This document shows positions 27,785-34,249 of a stretch of 34,249 nucleotides of DNA, piece by piece. Where the stretch lies: contig JASFYY010000047.1 in the NCBI GenBank assembly GCA_045046875.1, forward strand, positions 1-34,249, in the 5' to 3' direction. This stretch comes from Verrucomicrobiota bacterium. GTDB taxonomy: Bacteria > Verrucomicrobiota > Verrucomicrobiia > Verrucomicrobiales > DEV007. Within the stretch, counting starts at the first letter, position 1. Every line of letters starts with the position of its first letter. The position numbers and the translations under genes are program-made. The notes beneath the pieces were generated by a model. It had not been told where the DNA came from. It did no database searches and was given only the letters and a program-made list of their open reading frames with translations.

Positions 27785-28564
27785 CTATCTCATCTCCGGC
27801 AAGGCCATCCCTCTCTCGTCCTTCAGTTGCCCCTGATATTCCCGACGATAACGAAGCGGAGTGCTACCGGCAAAACGTTTGAAAGCCTTAACAAACGAAC
27901 TGTGATCATAAAATCCACAGTTTATGGCGATCTCAGCAATAGACTGATTGCTATGCCTAATCGCATCGATGGCATGGAACATCCTCACTTGTTCCAAAAA
28001 ATTGCGTGCACTCATCTTCATCCGTCGTTTGAAAATCCGCATGAAATGTCGCTCAGAATAACTGCAAAGACGCGCCAGCATATTTATAGCCACGCTCTCT
28101 GCATAGTTTTTTGACATGTATTCGATAGCCGGCAACAAACGGTTCAATTCATCATCACCACCAATCAACTTGTCGTAGGATTCATTGACTGTGATCAAAC
28201 CTACAATTTCCCCCTCGCGATCGCGCAAAGGGTATTTACTCGAAATTGACCAGATCGGTGCATGACGAAAAAACATCGCGGCATGAATCTCATTGACCAA
28301 GGGACGCCCTTTCTCAAATACCTGAAGATCGTTCTCACGGAAATTCTGCGCGACAATTTTTGGAAACAAATCAAAATCAGTTTTCCCCACCACCTGCTGC
28401 CCTTCTTGGATATGGATCGCTTCACGAAGAGCGCGACTCATATAGACATAACACGAGTCAAGATCCTTGATCATGAACATCGCACCGGGGATCATTTCCA
28501 AGGCATCAAGGATCTGGCTAATGTTATCGATCGACTCAAAAAAATCATTACGAAGGGGCTCCAT
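27785..28564 (-). CDS. AraC-family regulator with N-terminal PAS domain
   Basis: FMIKD...VVGKTDFDLFP PAS motif; C-terminal IAEIAINCGFYDHSSFVKAFKRFAGSTPLRYR. Confidence 0.93.
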   Translation of the reverse strand: MEPLRNDFFESIDNISQILDALEMIPGAMFMIKDLDSCYVYMSRALREAIHIQEGQQVVGKTDFDLFPKIVAQNFRENDLQVFEKGRPLVNEIHAAMFFRHAPIWSISSKYPLRDREGEIVGLITVNESYDKLIGGDDELNRLLPAIEYMSKNYAESVAINMLARLCSYSERHFMRIFKRRMKMSARNFLEQVRMFHAIDAIRHSNQSIAEIAINCGFYDHSSFVKAFKRFAGSTPLRYRREYQGQLKDERGMALPEMR

Positions 28565-28628
28565 GGCAGGATTATACCATTTTTTGCCATTAATAACATA
28601 GAAAAGACCCGATCTCTAAGGTAGTTTC

Positions 28629-31600
28629 ATGGTGAACACGATGACCCCCTCCTCATTAAATCTAAAGCTTTTCTGCTACACAGCCATTCTGGCGTGCGGA
28701 TTTTCTGCCACCGCGGATGACAAGCTTACTATTTTCGAAAAGCAGATTCGACCCGCATTAGTGGAGCATTGTTACGAATGCCATTCGGGTTCACAAGCAA
28801 AAGCCGGTTTACGGCTCGACTATCGAGCTGGCTGGCAAACTGGCGGAGAATCGGGGCCTGCCATTATAGCGGGCAATACCAATAGCAGTTTATTATTAAA
28901 AGCCATTCGGCATCAGGGTTCCGATCTAAAGATGCCCCGAGATTCTGCCAAACTACCAGATAAAACCATCCGAGCATTTGAGCAATGGATCGCCCGGGGA
29001 GCCATTGATCCCCGGGATCAACCTCCTTCAACAGCTGACGCCGCCGCTGCCGCCTGGAAAATAAAACTGGCGGAAAGATCCCACTGGTGGAGCCTGCAAA
29101 ATCCCCGGAAAAGCTCTCTCCCCCAAATAAAAAACACTGCCTGGCCGAAAGGCGAAGTGGATCACTTCATTCTATCAGCTCTGGAAAAAGCAACCCTGTC
29201 CCCTTCCAGAACGGCCAACGCACAAACCTTAATACGTCGACTGTCTTTCGTACTCACCGGATTACCGGTTCGGAAAAAGCAACTCAAAAAATTTGAATCT
29301 GCTTTTGTTACCAACCCTGATTCCGCCTTGAGAACCCTGGTTGACGAACTTCTTGCCTCCCCCCATTTCGGAGAGCACTTCGCGCGTCACTGGATGGATG
29401 TGGTTCGTTACACCGACACATATGGTTACGAGTGGGACAATCCGGCAAAAGGTTCGTGGGAATACCGTGACTACCTGATTCGCAGCTTCAACGACGACAT
29501 CAGTTTTGATCAACTTATTCGAGAACAAATCGCCGGCGACCTGCTGCCTGAACCACGTATCAACAAAAAAGAAGAACTTAATGAGAGCCTCATCGGCCCG
29601 ATGTTCTATCACATGGGCGAACACCGGCACGGAACCAGTCTGGAGTTCAACGGCATTCACCAGGAAATGGTGAATAATAAAATCGACGCCTTCTCAAAAG
29701 CCTTTCTAGCGATGACTATAGGCTGTGCCCGCTGTCACGATCACAAACTGGACGCTATTTCCCAACATGACTACTACGCGCTGGCAGGAGTATTCATGTC
29801 ACCCCGCTGGACAACGCGGGTGATCGACGCCCCTGGGAAAAATAAGCGGCATATTGAGAAATTAAAAAAACTGCAACAAGAGATCTGGCGCGAATTGCAA
29901 AAAATCTGGGCCAAGCAGAACGGCTTACCCGATGGGCAAAGGTTGAAAAATTGGCTCCACCAGAACCTGTCCACTCTGAAAAACGCGAAACCCGAAGACC
30001 TTGTTTATCCTCTTATAAAAACCGCGAACTCTAGCGAACAACAACTCGCATCTGATTGGATCAGCATGTCAGACCATTGGCAAATCACTCATGAAACAGC
30101 GCTCAAGACAAACGCTGGAAAATTCACTCTGCTGACTGACTTTAAAAAACCAGGCTTTGCTGAAAATTGGATCACCGAAGGTGACGGTCTCACACACGGG
30201 TATGTCCACAACGGGACTCCATTGATCAGTCTGGAAGGCAATCAAATTATCAACCACCTCTTGCCTCGCGGCTACCACAGCCATGCCCTTTCATCCAAAC
30301 TCCCCGCTGCCATCCGCTTGCCTGCACAAGATAAAATCCCAGGGAAATTCCTTAGCTTTGAATTGACTGGTGGTGAATGGGCTGGCCATTTGGAAACCCC
30401 GCAGAACGCCTTTCAAAGTGAAGCCGTCAACTTTCTATCTCCCAACAAAAAGAATAAATGGCTGACAAATGCCGACCGGGAATTAAAAAACGGAGTATCA
30501 CGGGTTCTCACCGAAGTCACCACCAGCTCACTCAATCCGGATTTCCCTCCTCGCACCGGAAAAAGCCGGGCGGGCAAAACAACCTTGCCACCGCAAGATA
30601 CAGGCTTGAACAAACGCAGCTGGTTTAGCCTGACTAAAATATTAGCTCATGATACCGGAGGCAGCCCTGCCGATGCTCTCAATGAATTCGCCACCCTTTT
30701 CACCCAGACGCCACCCACCAGCAAGGAAGACGCCTGGCAACGTATATCCAAGTGGCATTCAGACGCTCTCAATCGTTGGCTGTTAAATAAATCGACTGTA
30801 GCGGACATCAAGATTATCAACTGGTTACTGGAGAACAAGCTGTTATTCAACGATCTAGAAAAATCCCCCGAGATCGCCGCCCTGATCAAACAATACCGGG
30901 AAATAGAAAATCAAATCGATTTCCCCAGAAGTGTCAATAGCATGGAGGAGCGCGGCATCGAGCCAATCAATTACCGGCTCAATGTGCGGGGCAATGTCAA
31001 TGAAGACGGTCCCGCCATTCATCGTGATTTCCTCTCCGTATTTGCCGGTCAACACCAGGTTGGGAAAAGCAAAGGCAGCGGTCGGCTCGAGTTAGCCCAA
31101 TACCTCAGTAACAACAAAAACCCTCAAACAGCGCGAGTCTATGTCAACCGTATCTGGCAATGGGTCTTCGGCAGCGGCCTTGTCTCTACTCCCAACGATT
31201 TTGGTAAATTAGGAGGCCGCCCGTCCCATCCTGAGCTACTCGATTGGCTGGCTGTCAATTTCATGGAAGAAAATTGGTCGACAAAAAAACTCATTCGTCA
31301 ATTGGTATTGAGCCAGACTTTTCGACAATCAAATACCACCAGTCAGGCAGCTACCGAACAAGATCCTGACAATCATCTGCGGCACCATTACCCCACCCGC
31401 AGACTGCAAGCAGAAGAAATCCGCGACAGCCTGCTGGCGGTTTCTGGCAGAATTGACCACAAGCTCTATGGTCCACCTATCAATCCCCCACGCCCTGCCG
31501 AGGATGCAAAAAAGCGACTTTTTTCCGGTCCGGTTGATAGCCATGGCAGACGATCAATCTATCTGAAAATGTCCATCATGGATCCACCACGATTCCTAGT

Positions 31601-31940
31601 AGGTTTTAATCTCCCTGACCTCAAACTGCCCACCGGACGCCGTGATGTGACCAATGTTCCACCCCAGGCGCTCATACTGCTCAACGGTCAGCTGGCTAAT
31701 CAAATGGCCGAACACTGGGCCAAACAATTGATCTCAGACAAGCACACTCGTCCGGCCGATCGCATCAATTCGATGTTTGTAAAAGCATTCGCACGCCAGG
31801 CAAGCCCCGAAGAATCCCAACGATGGCTCCGCGCCCTTGAAGATTTCTCTCAAAACAAAGATACCATGAACGATCAAAAAGCCTGGACTGAAATCGCTCA
31901 TGCTCTGTTTAATACCAAGGAATTTATTTATCACCGTTAA
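28629..31940 (+). CDS. Planctomycete cytochrome c + DUF1549 (PSCyt2) + DUF1553 (PSD1) protein
   Basis: CYECH and CARCHDH CxxCH motifs; HWMDVVRYTD, ARVYVNRIWQWVFG, PSHPELLDWLA, RRSIY and QAL motifs. Confidence 0.93.
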   Translation: MVNTMTPSSLNLKLFCYTAILACGFSATADDKLTIFEKQIRPALVEHCYECHSGSQAKAGLRLDYRAGWQTGGESGPAIIAGNTNSSLLLKAIRHQGSDLKMPRDSAKLPDKTIRAFEQWIARGAIDPRDQPPSTADAAAAAWKIKLAERSHWWSLQNPRKSSLPQIKNTAWPKGEVDHFILSALEKATLSPSRTANAQTLIRRLSFVLTGLPVRKKQLKKFESAFVTNPDSALRTLVDELLASPHFGEHFARHWMDVVRYTDTYGYEWDNPAKGSWEYRDYLIRSFNDDISFDQLIREQIAGDLLPEPRINKKEELNESLIGPMFYHMGEHRHGTSLEFNGIHQEMVNNKIDAFSKAFLAMTIGCARCHDHKLDAISQHDYYALAGVFMSPRWTTRVIDAPGKNKRHIEKLKKLQQEIWRELQKIWAKQNGLPDGQRLKNWLHQNLSTLKNAKPEDLVYPLIKTANSSEQQLASDWISMSDHWQITHETALKTNAGKFTLLTDFKKPGFAENWITEGDGLTHGYVHNGTPLISLEGNQIINHLLPRGYHSHALSSKLPAAIRLPAQDKIPGKFLSFELTGGEWAGHLETPQNAFQSEAVNFLSPNKKNKWLTNADRELKNGVSRVLTEVTTSSLNPDFPPRTGKSRAGKTTLPPQDTGLNKRSWFSLTKILAHDTGGSPADALNEFATLFTQTPPTSKEDAWQRISKWHSDALNRWLLNKSTVADIKIINWLLENKLLFNDLEKSPEIAALIKQYREIENQIDFPRSVNSMEERGIEPINYRLNVRGNVNEDGPAIHRDFLSVFAGQHQVGKSKGSGRLELAQYLSNNKNPQTARVYVNRIWQWVFGSGLVSTPNDFGKLGGRPSHPELLDWLAVNFMEENWSTKKLIRQLVLSQTFRQSNTTSQAATEQDPDNHLRHHYPTRRLQAEEIRDSLLAVSGRIDHKLYGPPINPPRPAEDAKKRLFSGPVDSHGRRSIYLKMSIMDPPRFLVGFNLPDLKLPTGRRDVTNVPPQALILLNGQLANQMAEHWAKQLISDKHTRPADRINSMFVKAFARQASPEESQRWLRALEDFSQNKDTMNDQKAWTEIAHALFNTKEFIYHR

Positions 31941-31953
31941 ACAACCCGATCAC

Positions 31954-33408
31954 ATGGAAAATCCATCAAGCACACCAACTGGCACCTGCCCGGGGAGTAT
32001 CCATAACTCCCTGTCGAGACGTGGTTTTTTACAAAACTCAGCATCAGGATTTGGCTGGCTCGCTCTTGGTGCCCTGAATGCGGACAAAACTTTCGCCGGT
32101 CAATCATCCATAGCCAGACAAACATTCGCCCCACGCGCCAAAAACGTGATTTTCTGCTTCATGGACGGTGGCCCCAGTCATGTGGACAGCTTTGACCCGA
32201 AGCCCATGCTAAAAAAATTCGAGGGTAAAAAGATCGGCGCTGACGCAGTATCCAACCGTTCACAAAGCAATGCCAACCGGGTCTGGTTAGGCAGCCCGTG
32301 GGGCTTCAAACAACATGGCGAAAGCGGTCTCGAAGTAAGCGAACTCTTTCCCCACATTGCAAGCGTAGCCGATCATCTATGCGTGGTGCGCTCCATGGTC
32401 GGTGAGCTGCCTCTGCACGGCCAACAAAACCTCCTGCTCCACACTGGGCGGATACTCGGTCAAGCTCCGAGCCTGGGGGCTTGGGTTTCTTACGGACTCG
32501 GCAGCGAAAACCAGAACCTACCAGGTTACGTTGTGCTCAATAACGACTGGGTGCCCAACGGTGGCTTGGAAAACTTCGGCTGCTCCTACCTGCCCGCTTC
32601 CCACCAAGCCACCATGCTGCGTGCCAGGGGGATACCCGTGGACAACATCACGGCTTCGGATCCTGTTGATCTGCAAAAACGCAAACTTGCCTTACTGGCA
32701 CAACAAGACCATGAATTTGCCGCTAAAGTTTCAAACCCCAAAGCGGTCGAAGGTGCCATAGCCAACTATGAAACCGCTTTCCGCATGCAAAGCACGGTTC
32801 CTGCGATTGCCAACATTTCGAACGAACCTGAACACATCCGTCAACTCTACGGCTTAGATTCCAGCGACGAACATCAACGCTTCTATGCCACTCAGGCTTT
32901 GCGGGCACGCCGCCTGGTTGAGCAAGGCGTGCGTTTTGTCGAAATCACTTGCCCTAGTTTTGACGGCAACAATTCCCCATGGGATCAACACGGCAACATC
33001 AAAAGGGATCACGAAAAAAACTCACGCATAACAGATCAATCTGTCGCCGCCCTGATCATCGATCTCGAACAGCGCGGCCTGCTGGATGAAACCATTGTTC
33101 TGTGGGCAGGTGAAATGGGACGCACTCCCCACACTCCAAAAATCAGCGAAACCTGCGGACGGGATCACCACGTCAACGGCTATTCAATCTTTATGGCCGG
33201 GGGTGGTTTCAAAGGAGGAACAGCTTACGGCCATACCGATGAATTTGGTAATTCTGTCGTCGAAAACCAAGTCGACATCCACGACATCCATGCCACGATC
33301 TTACATCAACTCGGCGTTGACCATGAAACCCTGACCTTTCGCCACGGAGGAAGAGACGAACGCCTGACCGATGTTCACGGACGAGTATTGAATGACCTGC
33401 TCAGCTAG
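31954..33408 (+). CDS. DUF1501 domain protein (sulfatase-like) with Tat signal
   Basis: SRRGFL Tat motif; MDGGPSHVDSFDPKP, ARRLVEQGVRF, WDQH, GEMGRTP, GRDHH and HATILHQLG motifs. ATG 31954. Confidence 0.93.
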   Translation: MENPSSTPTGTCPGSIHNSLSRRGFLQNSASGFGWLALGALNADKTFAGQSSIARQTFAPRAKNVIFCFMDGGPSHVDSFDPKPMLKKFEGKKIGADAVSNRSQSNANRVWLGSPWGFKQHGESGLEVSELFPHIASVADHLCVVRSMVGELPLHGQQNLLLHTGRILGQAPSLGAWVSYGLGSENQNLPGYVVLNNDWVPNGGLENFGCSYLPASHQATMLRARGIPVDNITASDPVDLQKRKLALLAQQDHEFAAKVSNPKAVEGAIANYETAFRMQSTVPAIANISNEPEHIRQLYGLDSSDEHQRFYATQALRARRLVEQGVRFVEITCPSFDGNNSPWDQHGNIKRDHEKNSRITDQSVAALIIDLEQRGLLDETIVLWAGEMGRTPHTPKISETCGRDHHVNGYSIFMAGGGFKGGTAYGHTDEFGNSVVENQVDIHDIHATILHQLGVDHETLTFRHGGRDERLTDVHGRVLNDLLS

Positions 33409-33704
33409 GGAGCCTAGAACGCCATCTCTGCTATCCCTCGACTGCGTATCTTCAACCCCAACGCAACACCACCAAGTCCGACTTCTACCAAGAAGGAAGT
33501 TTCAAAAAAAGCGTCGCCGCTGCGGGATTGAGCTCCACTTTAAAGGTGCTCGCCAAAATGATCAAGAATACACTTGCGCACTTACGTAGGCTCAGGCATT
33601 TTTAGATTTACTGGAACCTTTTCATCAAGCCTGTTCAGTATACCCCTCCCCGCCATTCGCATCAAAAAACAGCCGTCCCAACTGAATGACTACAAATTAA
33701 TTAA

Positions 33705-34139
33705 ATGAATGAAAAACACATCACCAGAACTCATGAAACGAGCGAACAGCTGTCCGCCAGACAAATTGATGGCGAAGTAGTTATCTTAAGCCTAGTCAGA
33801 TTTAAAAAAATTGCAGATTATTCACGCCATCCCAAGCTAGATGACGGAACTGAAATTACAGGGCGTGAGGCATTTCAAAAGTATATGGAGCAAGTGTTAC
33901 CACTATTAAATAGGAGCGGAAGCATGCTATTTTCAGGTGAAGGGGACGGTTTTTTAATTGGTCCGCCAAATGAAAAGTGGGATTGGGCAATGCTGTTCAA
34001 ACAACATTCCCTCTCTTTTTTGATGTCATTGGAAGACGACCCTCAATATAGATTGATTTCAGGTCATAAGGAAGCTGCATTAGAAGACTCCCGGATGTTG
34101 CCACTCGTAGAAAAATCTGAAATATTTCCAAGCGATTAA
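33705..34139 (+). CDS. DUF1330-like (dimeric alpha/beta barrel) protein
   Basis: LVRFKKIADY, TGREAFQKY, LIGPPNEKWD and HKEAALEDSR motifs; AT-rich. Confidence 0.75.
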   Translation: MNEKHITRTHETSEQLSARQIDGEVVILSLVRFKKIADYSRHPKLDDGTEITGREAFQKYMEQVLPLLNRSGSMLFSGEGDGFLIGPPNEKWDWAMLFKQHSLSFLMSLEDDPQYRLISGHKEAALEDSRMLPLVEKSEIFPSD

Positions 34140-34249
34140 TGCAAAATCTTGGGGCTTTGTGATTTTGTGTGGAAATTAGCTTGGAAAGGTTATTGAGATG
34201 GGCTTATTTCAAGGGTGGATAGTAACGAACTTTTTGCCCAAGCCTTGCC

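Noticed and set aside
33409..33600. Possible IS remnant (gagccta...taggctc)
   Set aside because: The inverted repeat is only 7 bp, with no transposase trace or target duplication.
1..34249. CRISPR array, prophage, rRNA or tRNA genes
   Set aside because: No regularly spaced repeats, cas or phage genes seen; the only tRNA-like sequence belongs to tmRNA.

Overview
A 34 kb bacterial chromosomal segment, most likely from the PVC superphylum (Verrucomicrobia-like). This is inferred from DUF1549/DUF1553-DUF1501, DUF1800-DUF1501, DUF1080 and PmoA/DUF6807-like genes, many Tat/Sec-exported enzymes, and few Shine-Dalgarno motifs. It starts with tmRNA (ssrA, minus strand, tag ANEEPELALAA) and carries housekeeping genes (nusB, ftsY, rnhA, pdxA) among about 20 mostly exported hydrolases, oxidoreductases and uncharacterised proteins. 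It also holds a divergent BrnT/BrnA-like pair, an NnrS-family gene and a PAS-AraC regulator. I saw no intact integrase, transposase, reverse transcriptase or CRISPR array. Most notable observations: (1) a DUF1800 protein with a ~365-aa Ala/Lys-rich helical extension, followed by DUF1501 and a triple YHS/TRASH-like repeat protein; (2) a 66-bp in-frame duplication of the pdxA 3' end bracketing a secreted FGE/SUMF1-fold gene, which looks like an insertion scar; (3) a degenerate BrnT-like toxin separated from its antitoxin by a palindromic insert; (4) several REP-like and heptamer repeat families, one next to a possible decayed Y1-transposase tail; (5) Tat-exported parts resembling an oxidative glycoside-cleavage pathway. 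Family assignments come from motif recognition by eye, not database searches.
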